Below, piece by piece: positions 26,650-35,807 of a stretch of 62,870 bases of DNA. Each line of letters opens with the position of its first letter. Positions within the stretch are counted from its first letter, which is position 1. Origin of the DNA: a virus (Duplodnaviria > Caudoviricetes); IMG/VR virus record IMGVR_UViG_3300037066_000002, positions 1 through 62,870 of that record. One strand, written 5' to 3'. The position numbers and the translations under genes were made by a program. Under the pieces are notes generated by a model. That model was given only the letters and a program-made list of their open reading frames with translations. It did not search any database and was not told the origin of the DNA.

Positions 26650-28592
26650 CTCTCTTTAATTACCTGACGCGGAGCCTGCTGTCCTGATGCCTTCGCTCCG
26701 GCGGCGCTGACTGTCGGAACGATTCCGATTTGCGCCTGATACGCAAGGCGTTCGGGGATCGTTTTCACGTTATCCGGCAGCACACCAATGTTCGGAATAC
26801 CCATCTTCTCCCAAAGGGTGAACACGTCGAGCACGCCCGCACGGAATAACTGGAACGCCATCATCTTGTCTTCGATTTGAGCGGCATTCAGGAAACTTCC
26901 CGGAGCGATCTTGAAGGTGAATCGGCGGAGGAATTCCTGAGCACGAGCGTACCTCGGGAGCGGCCCCCGCGCCAACGCTTCAGCCAGCGGCGAGCCGTGT
27001 GCATCGAGATCGGACGTATGTGTGTACGCCGGGATAAGCGACTCTGGATCGTAATCGAAGTCTTCCTGCGTTACCGCCCCGGAGCCAGCGATTGTAGTTC
27101 GGATGTTCAGGGTATAGTACTGGCTGAAATCGTAGGCCAGCATTGTTGCAAACTCGCGAATGAAGCACTCGATCACGCGGGATCGATAGCGATTGATCGG
27201 TGTCATGCCGTTCAGGATCGCGTCCACCGTAGAGTTCTCCGGCATCTGGTTCAGGTGCAGCATCTGGTTCAGATCGTTTACGCCGGATATCTCACGCATC
27301 TCTTTCTGAATCCAGTCGCGGTGCGCCGGAACCATTGCGTCCATCGGCGGCGGGTTGACGATCTGGATGCCCTTCCCGGCAAGCGGGTTCTGGAACGCTT
27401 TCCAGCCGGGGCGGCGAGTATCGAACTGGTCGAACGTTGCGCGCGAAACGCTGTTCTTGTCGAGGATAGATCCGGGATTTGCGACCTGCGCAACGTGATC
27501 GTCAATGACGCGGAGAACTGAGTTCAGCGAATCCTGAAGAGGCAGCAGATCCCAGATCGGCGCTTTGCCGAGATAACTCCACGGCCACGGACTGATGGTG
27601 AATTTCAGCACCGGGAACATGGCGTGCCAATACTGGGAAGGCCCGTCATAAATCATCTGCTTCCCTACCCATGCGATCATGCGCTTATTCGGGTAGAGCG
27701 GTTGATTCGGGTTGACGATGTAACTCCAGTTATTGAGCGGTTTGCGGGTTCCCTTCTCGAATTCGCCCAGGCCGACATCGGATTGCGTCGGGTTTAAGCG
27801 GCGGTCATCAAGATAGAGAATCTTCAGGCACGAAACAGGGAAGCGCGGCGGCTTCGCCTTGTTCGTGTTGCCTTGCCCCAGCCATGAGGCGATGCCGCCG
27901 ATAAAGCCGGAGTCGTTCGCTACTTGCTCCGGGGCAGCGTCGGACTCTGCGGTAACGGTGAGTCCGAATCGGTCTTTGAAGTAGTTGACGGGATACCAGT
28001 GCTTGACGATGACACCGAGGCAGGATTGTATTGAGTCATAATCGCGCGGTCGGACGGGAAGGACATTACGGGGGTCCTCGGGAATGAGTTCGAGGTCTTC
28101 AATGTCGGGGTTCCAGACCAAATGGCCATAACCGCTTCCGGCGACCAAGGCGTATTTGATAATAGCAGCCATCCTCTGGTCAATGTTTCTTTGGGTATAC
28201 CACCAGGTACTGAGTTTTCCGTAGATTGCGGCATGTTGCTCCCATCTTTTGTTTGCCGTCTCGTAATCCCAAAACGGCTTCGTGTCGGTCAGGATCGCGG
28301 CGAGTTGTTCAGCAACATCCGCGACTCGGTTTGTCTTAGTCTGACTGAGCGGCGATCTGGTCTGGATGATCGGCGACATCACGCCGATAATGGATTCGAT
28401 GGCCGGCTCAATACGGTCGTAGCCCTTCTGGGAGCCGATGAACGTGCCCGATTCCTGCTCGATTTCGTTACACCATCCGAGCGTCCGGTAGGCGTTCGAG
28501 CCGGGAAGGGAGTCAATGGGGATCTTCGTATCTCCGTAGGGATTTCGGTTAAACGGAGACGAGATCAGTTCAGGCTGTTCGAGTTCGGCCAT
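26646..28592 (-). CDS. Portal protein (P22-like)
   Basis: 648 aa; W..LGKAPIWDLLPLQDSLN, EMREISGVNDL; position. Confidence 0.8.
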   Translation of the reverse strand: MAELEQPELISSPFNRNPYGDTKIPIDSLPGSNAYRTLGWCNEIEQESGTFIGSQKGYDRIEPAIESIIGVMSPIIQTRSPLSQTKTNRVADVAEQLAAILTDTKPFWDYETANKRWEQHAAIYGKLSTWWYTQRNIDQRMAAIIKYALVAGSGYGHLVWNPDIEDLELIPEDPRNVLPVRPRDYDSIQSCLGVIVKHWYPVNYFKDRFGLTVTAESDAAPEQVANDSGFIGGIASWLGQGNTNKAKPPRFPVSCLKILYLDDRRLNPTQSDVGLGEFEKGTRKPLNNWSYIVNPNQPLYPNKRMIAWVGKQMIYDGPSQYWHAMFPVLKFTISPWPWSYLGKAPIWDLLPLQDSLNSVLRVIDDHVAQVANPGSILDKNSVSRATFDQFDTRRPGWKAFQNPLAGKGIQIVNPPPMDAMVPAHRDWIQKEMREISGVNDLNQMLHLNQMPENSTVDAILNGMTPINRYRSRVIECFIREFATMLAYDFSQYYTLNIRTTIAGSGAVTQEDFDYDPESLIPAYTHTSDLDAHGSPLAEALARGPLPRYARAQEFLRRFTFKIAPGSFLNAAQIEDKMMAFQLFRAGVLDVFTLWEKMGIPNIGVLPDNVKTIPERLAYQAQIGIVPTVSAAGAKASGQQAPRQVIKES

Positions 28593-28614
28593 TTGTTAAC
28601 AAGGATACCTTGTT

Positions 28615-29025
28615 TCAAAAGGCGTCGGGTTCGTTTAAGATTTGCTCCCAGTGCTTCGGTTTGACATCAAGGATGTCCTCGTGGATCAGCGGCATGTTCG
28701 CACCTTCTGAATTCCAGTTCGTCGCTTCATGAACGAGGCCGAGCGATTCGAGATGCTTCAGGGAGTGGCGACCGGCAATTGCCGATTCGACTTCTACTCG
28801 CTGGATACCCGCTGCAATCTGCTTCGGATGTAGCGGATGGTCGTTGCGTCCCGGAACCGAGATGGAGCCGTCGCGCCCTACATCGATCACGGTACGTTCT
28901 GATGATCGCACCACGGCGTATCGCTCGTGGTGGAGTTGATCGCAACAACCACACCGGCGCACTTCAGCGGTGTTGCGCGTGCCTCGATTGCATACCCAGA
29001 AGTGATGAGTTTCGCGCCGAGCCAC
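28615..29025 (-). CDS. Zn-ribbon protein upstream of portal
   Basis: GGAGG RBS, GTG start, Cys cluster, PAGYQRVEV-like segment. Confidence 0.55.
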   Translation of the reverse strand: MARRETHHFWVCNRGTRNTAEVRRCGCCDQLHHERYAVVRSSERTVIDVGRDGSISVPGRNDHPLHPKQIAAGIQRVEVESAIAGRHSLKHLESLGLVHEATNWNSEGANMPLIHEDILDVKPKHWEQILNEPDAF

Positions 29026-29318
29026 TATCCGCCTCCAAACGAAATCATCATGTCGCGCATTCGGGCGATGACCCATTCCTCGAACTTCGGACCTCTCCCG
29101 TAGCGACCACGGAGGCGGGAAACCTCGAATGGGCGCAAGGTTACAGATGCCTGTCCGGTCGGCCCGGTGAGTTCGATCAGAAGTTCGTCGGTGGCCGGTT
29201 CGGGACGACAGACCGCTTCGGCAATCTTCTTGTCGGTCAGCACTGCCAGAACCTCCTCATCTGCTGCTGTTCGGGACTTCAATGCTTCGGCAATCCCGCC
29301 CGCTATTGATGGCTTCAT
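29025..29318 (-). CDS. Hypothetical protein
   Basis: AGGAG RBS, ATGA coupling. Confidence 0.65.
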   Translation of the reverse strand: MKPSIAGGIAEALKSRTAADEEVLAVLTDKKIAEAVCRPEPATDELLIELTGPTGQASVTLRPFEVSRLRGRYGRGPKFEEWVIARMRDMMISFGGG

Positions 29319-29689
29319 TTCGCTTCTCCTATCACTTCAAATTCGCACTGCACATACGGTTTCCCGCGCTCCATACTGGCCGCGATTACTTCGCCCTTAA
29401 CGCCGTGCTCCATGAGTTTGTCTTTGTTGACGGTAAGTTTCCCGGACTTCTCGGTGGCGATGAAACAGAGTTTACCGTACCGAAAACCAGGGAGATGGTT
29501 CGAAATCTGAATCTGGCTCAGTTCCGCCTTGATTTCCTTCAGGCGCTTGTCGGCTTCCTCAATCGAGCGCCGAATGTGGTGGCCTTCTCGAATAAGTTGG
29601 ATGACACGAGGATGACGAGGAGCATCATCGAAATCTTCGTAGTTCAGGAGCGCGTACAGGAAGCCGTCGTTGCGCTTTTCGTATGCCAC
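29315..29689 (-). CDS. Hypothetical coiled-coil protein
   Basis: GTG start 6 nt after TAAGAT. Confidence 0.65.
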   Translation of the reverse strand: MAYEKRNDGFLYALLNYEDFDDAPRHPRVIQLIREGHHIRRSIEEADKRLKEIKAELSQIQISNHLPGFRYGKLCFIATEKSGKLTVNKDKLMEHGVKGEVIAASMERGKPYVQCEFEVIGEAK

Positions 29690-29737
29690 AAAAATATCTT
29701 ATCACAACAGGGTAATTCGTGGTAAGATTTTCTTGTG
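29687..29737. promoter_or_regulatory. Palindromic back-to-back promoters; possible recombinase site
   Basis: 21-bp arms (17/21 identical) around a 9-bp spacer; each arm reads TGN-TAAGAT-N6-GTG. Confidence 0.6.
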
Positions 29738-30637
29738 AGCACCGAATTAGTACCGATTGACGTTTCGATTCAAGAACTTGCAACGGCTTGTGTCGCTCGG
29801 CTTGCGCCGAACACTCAGCGGGCGTATGCCACCTACATCTCCGAATACCTGCGAATGAAGATTCCTGTCACCCGCGAGGGAATCAGCGCATGGCTGGCAA
29901 AACGAAAGCAGTATGGGACTGGCGCAGTAACGATCAATGTTGCGCTTGCAGCGCTCAAGTTACTGGCGCGTGAGGCGTGGATTCGCGGGCTGATGGACGG
30001 CGACTGCTACCACGCGATTGACGACATCAAATCTGAAAAGGTTCTTGGGCAGCGGCTCGGCCAGTGGACGGACGAAACCGGAGTCGAGAAACTTCTGGAA
30101 TCCTGCATCGACAACCGGGAGCGGGCAATAATCGCGATCATGTGCGGCTGCGGTTTGCGCCGGTCGGAAGTATGCGCCCTGAAATGGGGCCAGTATCGGG
30201 AGGCGTCGGGGCGCATGGTGCTTGCCGACATCATCGGTAAAGGTGGCCGCATCCGAAGTCTCGGCGTTCCTGAATGGGCCACACAGATGATCGAAGCGTA
30301 TCGCGGCGACGAAGCGGACCCGAACGCTCCTGTTTTTCCGTCGAACGCTCGAATCGGCCAGATCGGCGCTAATAAGCACCTTACCCCGTTCGGACTCGTG
30401 ACTATTATTCAGAAGATTTGTGACCGCGCCGGCGCTGAGCTTCAGAAGTTGCGGTGCCATGATTTGCGACGATCGTTCGCTGGTATGGCACAGTCTGGCG
30501 GGGCGGAAATTCAGATGATCAAACAGGCCCTCGGGCATTCGAGCATCGTCACCACCGAACGGTATCTGAACCAGGTGCAGAACCTGAAGATGGGCAAGAC
30601 GGCGGGAGATCACATCAAGGTAAAGGCGTGTGCATGA
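29735..30637 (+). CDS. Tyrosine recombinase/integrase (Xer-sized)
   Basis: GLRRSE, GKGGRIR, HDLRRSFA, LGHSSIVTTERY. Confidence 0.92.
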   Translation: MSTELVPIDVSIQELATACVARLAPNTQRAYATYISEYLRMKIPVTREGISAWLAKRKQYGTGAVTINVALAALKLLAREAWIRGLMDGDCYHAIDDIKSEKVLGQRLGQWTDETGVEKLLESCIDNRERAIIAIMCGCGLRRSEVCALKWGQYREASGRMVLADIIGKGGRIRSLGVPEWATQMIEAYRGDEADPNAPVFPSNARIGQIGANKHLTPFGLVTIIQKICDRAGAELQKLRCHDLRRSFAGMAQSGGAEIQMIKQALGHSSIVTTERYLNQVQNLKMGKTAGDHIKVKACA

Positions 30638-31185
30638 TTAAGGACTTTGGATATTCACAGACAGCACGAACATACCGTTTCGACCTGAAGCAATGGGCGG
30701 CTAGCGTTCACATCCCGCCTAAAAATCTTCGCTATTTTAAACATCGGGAACAGATGCACGAAGGATTGCTTGAGGCAGTCTCGGTAATGTTGGCGGCGAA
30801 GAAAGATGAAGTTTCAAGCGACACGAAAACGACAGGGAAGGTTCCTAAGTCATTGTCAGCTTGGCTTACCTTGTACTTCTTAATCGTTTTCCCCTTTATG
30901 CGACGGTGGATGGAGGTTGAGACGGTCCCGACTGTCACCACTCGAAATGAAATATGGCGTGTTTGTCCACACGTCCCAATGCAACCAGATGACTCCATCC
31001 TGTCGCACATTCATTTTGTCGAGTACGGCGGCGATTTTGACAAGTTAACAGATAATCGTCGGCTTGCTGCGCAGCAAGTATTGCAGGCGGCTTTGAGGGT
31101 GGCCGACGATAGAGATCCGTTTCCACGCCATCTGTCGGCGGAATTGATGTACGCCGTTAGACTTTACCGGGAGGGAAATGCCTAA
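30634..31185 (+). CDS. Hypothetical protein
   Basis: ATGA coupling. Confidence 0.6.
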   Translation: MIKDFGYSQTARTYRFDLKQWAASVHIPPKNLRYFKHREQMHEGLLEAVSVMLAAKKDEVSSDTKTTGKVPKSLSAWLTLYFLIVFPFMRRWMEVETVPTVTTRNEIWRVCPHVPMQPDDSILSHIHFVEYGGDFDKLTDNRRLAAQQVLQAALRVADDRDPFPRHLSAELMYAVRLYREGNA

Positions 31186-32035
31186 GCGCCGCGTGCCCTA
31201 CGATGGGCTGACTATCACGAAGTTCCGCGTCCGTAACCGCAAGGACCTGGACGCGGCACATGACCGGGGCGACACCGCAGAAGTTGAGCGTCTAAAGAAA
31301 CTGCACCTGAAGGACACCGGAGAGCACATCGAGCCGATGGAGCCGATTATGCGGACGATGAAAAACTACATGGCGAGGGTTCCGCTTGCGAACAACATGG
31401 ACAAGAATGCCCCGAAGAATGTTCCGCCCGTACACATGGACCGCCCCTTTAACCACTTCCTTGAAGGCATTCCATTTGACGAACTCATTCAGGCGTTGGC
31501 GACAACACAGGGGACGAAGTACAAGCGGGCGTTTGCCACGCTGAATGCCGACGCGAAGTACCGTGAGGCTAACCCGAACAAGAAGATCCGTTCTGTGGCA
31601 GGTGGACTGCGAGACTGCGGGATTACGCTTCAGGATTTGATGGAAACCTACGGGCGCTACCGTACCGCGTCAGCCGTCCGAATCGCGATGGACCGATCTC
31701 CCCAGATCATCGCTCACGCCGCCGACGACGCGCAGAACCGAAAGGTTTACTGCCCGCGCTGCGATGGACTTGGGGAGATTTCAGGCGATGACGGATTCCG
31801 TATCTGTCCCGAATGTAAGGGCGCGAAAGAGATCACCCAATCAGGTGATGGAGAGGCCCGCAAACTCGTTCTGGAAGTCGCCGGGATCGCCGGGAAGAAA
31901 GGGCCTGTCGTTGATGCGCGGTCAGTTCACTATGGGCATGGCGTGTTTAGCGTGGAATCGTTGGTTAGGGGAATGGAGCAACTTGAAGCGCCGGAAGATT
32001 CCTCTATAATTGAAGCTGAAACTGAGGAGGTTTAA
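31178..32035 (+). CDS. Zn-finger protein, candidate terminase small subunit
   Basis: CPRCDG...CPECKG; C-terminal IIEAE; upstream of terminase. Confidence 0.5.
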   Translation: MPKRRVPYDGLTITKFRVRNRKDLDAAHDRGDTAEVERLKKLHLKDTGEHIEPMEPIMRTMKNYMARVPLANNMDKNAPKNVPPVHMDRPFNHFLEGIPFDELIQALATTQGTKYKRAFATLNADAKYREANPNKKIRSVAGGLRDCGITLQDLMETYGRYRTASAVRIAMDRSPQIIAHAADDAQNRKVYCPRCDGLGEISGDDGFRICPECKGAKEITQSGDGEARKLVLEVAGIAGKKGPVVDARSVHYGHGVFSVESLVRGMEQLEAPEDSSIIEAETEEV

Positions 32036-32039
32036 GGTG

Positions 32040-32237
32040 ATGGCGAAGACGTTTGATGGCAAGTCGATGAGGCCCGGTGGTGGTGGCCGCTTTGCAAAGA
32101 TGGTCAGCGGCCTTGAATCCAAAGGCAAGTCGCCCGAAGCGGCGAAGGGAATCGCGGCAGCAGCGGGGCGCGCGAAGTACGGCGCGAAAAAGATGGGCAA
32201 GTGGAGCGCGGCGGGTCGAGAGCGCGGGATGAAATGA
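32040..32237 (+). CDS. Small basic phage protein
   Basis: GGGGRFAKM...AAGRAKYGAKKM. Confidence 0.7.
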   Translation: MAKTFDGKSMRPGGGGRFAKMVSGLESKGKSPEAAKGIAAAAGRAKYGAKKMGKWSAAGRERGMK

Positions 32238-32530
32238 ACCTCCTTCGCATCCTGAAAGTCCTCTTGCGCGGCCTTCGGCCCATCAGCCACAGCCTTGACC
32301 GCATTGCCACGGACCTGCACACGTTGACGCGGATTCAGGTAATGCGCCTGCGCCTTGAGCACAACGAGATGCTGACGGATGAAAAGGTCGCCGCGAAACC
32401 CGGCAAGGACGATTACACGGAGGTCAGTTGGGCTGTGAAGGAACCTCCGATCAACCGGGAAACTGGCAAGCCGGTTGTCGAAGAGGACGACTTTCAGGTA
32501 GACTTCGGTTCGATATTTGGAGGAAGGTAA
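32234..32530 (+). CDS. Hypothetical protein
   Basis: ATGA coupling. Confidence 0.65.
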   Translation: MNLLRILKVLLRGLRPISHSLDRIATDLHTLTRIQVMRLRLEHNEMLTDEKVAAKPGKDDYTEVSWAVKEPPINRETGKPVVEEDDFQVDFGSIFGGR

Positions 32531-33787
32531 CTGTACTCTGAAGAAATCATCGAGCGCAATATCGCCCGCATCGCGGCGAAAGCACCTTTCAAGATCACGC
32601 GACTGTCTTCTGCCGTTTCAATCCAGCGCACGAGGGACCTGGAATCAGCATGGGATGCCAAAGAAGGAAAGTTTACCCGTGACCTGACAGAGCAGGAAGC
32701 GGAGTTCGTTCAGTCTGAGATGGCGCTGTGTCGGTACGACTTCAGATATTTCGCGGAACGTTTTGCGACGATCCAATTAGACGCAAACGTAGGCGGCGGA
32801 ATGGCCCCGCCGAAGCTCTGGGCAACTCAGGAACGCGCCTTGAAACTGCTGGCCGTTCGCGAGATCGAGATGTGGAAGCAGTACGAGGAAGACAAGTTCT
32901 GCGACGGGATTCTCGCCGCACTGCACAAGGCCCGCCAGCAGGGAATGACGGCCTTCTGGTGCCAGTTAAAAATGCACCGAATGGTCTTCTACAAAAATAC
33001 TCGCGCTCTCGGGGCAACGCTGGCGATGCCGAACGATTCCTCGAAACTGGAAATTTACAACCGCGATCAGATCATCCTGAATAACCTCCCGTTCTGGATG
33101 AAACCAAAGATCCTGTATGACGTGAAAGGCGAACAGGTTCAGTTCGACGGGCTTGGATCGAAGATGATCTATACCGATTCCGAGCAGCGTTCTGGAATCG
33201 GAACGGGCGCTCAGTGGGATGTTCACCAGATCACCGAATGCGGTTTGTGGGACAACCTGCTCAGACTCATGTTCGAGTTGATGCCCGGTGTCCCGAAGTC
33301 GCCGTATGTGCTTGGCGGATGGGAGTCCACGGCTAACGGGCGCGTCGGCCCCGGCGAAGACTGGATGATCCTGACTGAAAACATCCGCAACAAGAGAAGG
33401 GGCTATGAACATTGGGTGTACTGCTTTATCCCGTGGTATCTGGAGCCGACGAAGTACCGCCGTCCTGCGCCGACGACATGGACCCCGGATGCTATTACGC
33501 AGAAGCACGCCGAGATGGTTGAAAACACTTCCCCGGAGTTCAACGCGGGATTGACTTACCGGCTGACACGTCCGCAGATGTACTGGTGGGAGTCGGAGCA
33601 CGCCATGTATCAGGGGATGAATAAGCTGAATCAATTTTTGACTAATTATTGTGCCACCCCAGAGGAGAGCTTTCAAAGTTCTCTGGCTGGAGCGCTCCCG
33701 TATGAAGTGCTTGAGGGGATGCGGCACAGCGCTTCGATGTGGGGAATGCCCTACGATTTGACGTACAAGGAACAGGTGAAGATATGA
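32531..33787 (+). CDS. Terminase large subunit, ATPase part (probable CTG start)
   Basis: HKARQQGMT Walker A, HQITE Walker B, ESTANG, FIPWY; frame open from CTG 32531 after GGAGGAAGG. Confidence 0.85.
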   Translation: MYSEEIIERNIARIAAKAPFKITRLSSAVSIQRTRDLESAWDAKEGKFTRDLTEQEAEFVQSEMALCRYDFRYFAERFATIQLDANVGGGMAPPKLWATQERALKLLAVREIEMWKQYEEDKFCDGILAALHKARQQGMTAFWCQLKMHRMVFYKNTRALGATLAMPNDSSKLEIYNRDQIILNNLPFWMKPKILYDVKGEQVQFDGLGSKMIYTDSEQRSGIGTGAQWDVHQITECGLWDNLLRLMFELMPGVPKSPYVLGGWESTANGRVGPGEDWMILTENIRNKRRGYEHWVYCFIPWYLEPTKYRRPAPTTWTPDAITQKHAEMVENTSPEFNAGLTYRLTRPQMYWWESEHAMYQGMNKLNQFLTNYCATPEESFQSSLAGALPYEVLEGMRHSASMWGMPYDLTYKEQVKI

Positions 33788-33972
33788 CTCTACGCAACGG
33801 TATTGAGATTATCGATTCGCCTTATATGGTCGCCGGGATGATCTGCGTCAAGGAGGTTGGCGGATATCGAATCATCGACCTTAGAAATCCAAACGACATC
33901 ACTACATTTACGATCCCGCTTGGGAATTCGTTTGTGGTCCCGCTGAAGTACGGGGATGACAGCCGGTGGTGA
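33784..33972 (+). CDS. 62-aa ORF between terminase halves
   Basis: ATGA and GTGA overlaps on either side. Confidence 0.55.
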   Translation: MTLRNGIEIIDSPYMVAGMICVKEVGGYRIIDLRNPNDITTFTIPLGNSFVVPLKYGDDSRW

Positions 33973-34868
33973 CCGCTTTCCCGCCCACCATTGCCATCGG
34001 CCAGCGCGGCTCAATCAGAAAGTCGGAAGATTGCGATCTCGAAGAGGCCCGAAGAGATCCGCGCGGGATTCTCTGGATGTGGGAAGCGCCGGATAACCGA
34101 GAGCGCTACATCCTCGGAGTTGATCCCACTTTTGGGCGCACGGGATGGAATCGCTGGAGCCGCACGGAAGAGGACTTGACAACCGATAACGGCGCTATCG
34201 TGGTGCTTCGTCGCGGAAAAGGCGCAAAGCCGGCCGCTCAGGTTGCGGAATTTGCCGCGCCCATCGACCCGTTTGAGCTTGCGTATGTCGCGAATATCAT
34301 CGGTCGCGTGTATGGTCAGGGCGACGAAGATACGGACCACCAGAGCCTGATTATCCACGAAGGGTTTCCCGGCCCCGGCCCGAGTTTTACGCGGCAGATC
34401 ATGGACCTCGGGTATGGGAACCTGTGGCGTTGGCAGTATTTCGCAGACCTGAACGTGAAGCCGACTCAGGCGGTGGGCTGGCAAGCTACGGATCGGACGA
34501 ATCAGCAGCTTTGGGCAAAGTGCAGCAGGCACCTGATTAAACACGCGGCGCATTCGCAATTGGTGCGGTCGCCAGCGCTTCAGGAAGAATACTGCGATGT
34601 CGTTATCCTCCCCGGCAAGCACTGGGCTGCTTCGGTATCCTCGCGCCGCCACGATGACCGCGTGCGGGCTCACTGCCTTGCGATGTGGGCAGAGCAGGGA
34701 TGGGACGTGGACTTCGAGAGCACCGATGAACCCGTAATTGCCGACACGACTGGCGAGGGTCCGGTTGAGTGGGCGCATACAGATATGACCGCTGCGGAGA
34801 TTCACGAAGCATGGAATGAGCGCTTTGAGGCGATTATGCGAAGCGGGCAAACAAAATATCGTCAGTAA
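33969..34868 (+). CDS. Terminase large subunit, nuclease part
   Basis: LWMWEAP...YILGVDP..G, QVAEF, HDDRV. Confidence 0.85.
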   Translation: MTAFPPTIAIGQRGSIRKSEDCDLEEARRDPRGILWMWEAPDNRERYILGVDPTFGRTGWNRWSRTEEDLTTDNGAIVVLRRGKGAKPAAQVAEFAAPIDPFELAYVANIIGRVYGQGDEDTDHQSLIIHEGFPGPGPSFTRQIMDLGYGNLWRWQYFADLNVKPTQAVGWQATDRTNQQLWAKCSRHLIKHAAHSQLVRSPALQEEYCDVVILPGKHWAASVSSRRHDDRVRAHCLAMWAEQGWDVDFESTDEPVIADTTGEGPVEWAHTDMTAAEIHEAWNERFEAIMRSGQTKYRQ

Positions 34869-34907
34869 GTGTTGATTCGCAACCGCGTCGTGTTGTATTA
34901 TTCTGTT

Positions 34908-35153
34908 GTGAATCAAGTGATCATTCTTCGGTTTGGATTTCTACTTTCAGGACCGATTCAAATCCCCTACGGGCAGAGGGAATTCCGAATTCCGGCCTGT
35001 ATTGCGTTCTGGCCTAATTCCGTTGAGGATTGGTCTGCCGCAACTGTGGTGGTCGCCATTATCATCCTCGCGATATGTGCTTCGGTGAGCAACTGGAAAA
35101 GAATGAATCGCATAGCACGCAATTATCGTAACACGAAAAGTAATGGACAGTGA
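34908..35153 (+). CDS. Small membrane protein
   Basis: One TM helix; TTGATT-18-TATTAT 6 nt before GTG. Confidence 0.5.
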   Translation: MNQVIILRFGFLLSGPIQIPYGQREFRIPACIAFWPNSVEDWSAATVVVAIIILAICASVSNWKRMNRIARNYRNTKSNGQ

Positions 35154-35429
35154 CTTGGTTAGTGTATTATAATGCCAAAATTCAAACTTCAGGCTTCGGT
35201 AAAGAAACCGGGAAAGCATTCCGGTAATCATCAGGCGTCCTGCACCCCACAAGAAGCGAAGAAGCACGACGAACGTTGGGTGCCGATCAATCCCGAAATG
35301 GCCAAGGCGCTCATAAAATCTCTCACGGAGTCCAAAGGGAGGATCGGCTGATTACCTGTCCTGTCCGGCGGTGGGTGGCGTCCTATCGCCTCATCAGCGA
35401 AGGACGCCAATTCCAATTGAGGAATCTGA

Positions 35430-35657
35430 ATGGCTAAGTGGTCGGACGCGGATCTCCGTCTGCGCCAGTGGGTATTGGAGCATCCCGGCGTATGCAAAGA
35501 GATATCAATGAAATGCACGGTAAGCGCTGAATACGTTCGCCTGGTGCTGTATGGGAAGCGCGGGAAGTCGAAGAACAAGCGGGCGAAGCTGGCCACGAGT
35601 GTGACCATGAGCAAGATCAAATCTATGTTGAGAGCAAAGGGAGCGCCGATTGCATGA
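35430..35657 (+). CDS. Small basic HTH-like protein
   Basis: GAGGA RBS; KEISMKCTVSAEYVRLVLYGKR. Confidence 0.55.
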   Translation: MAKWSDADLRLRQWVLEHPGVCKEISMKCTVSAEYVRLVLYGKRGKSKNKRAKLATSVTMSKIKSMLRAKGAPIA

Positions 35658-35807
35658 GAGAGCCGTGTGAGCACATTCTGGAGTTGGCACGCATCGCGAA
35701 AGAGATGGGTATTTCGATCTGGTCCGAGCACGGTGAGCAACCTGCCGGATGGGTCAATATATTTTGTGAAAAGTGCAAAGGAACTTGCGAGACGGCGGTG
35801 CTAAAAA

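Noticed and set aside
33784-33972. Group I/II intron or intein in terminase
   Set aside because: Under 200 nt, no recognisable intron core or intein ends; behaves as a coupled ORF
16427-34916. Long antisense ORFs (e.g. 16427, 23508, 24968, 26877, 34011)
   Set aside because: Shadow frames of GC-rich genes, Arg/His-rich and without motifs
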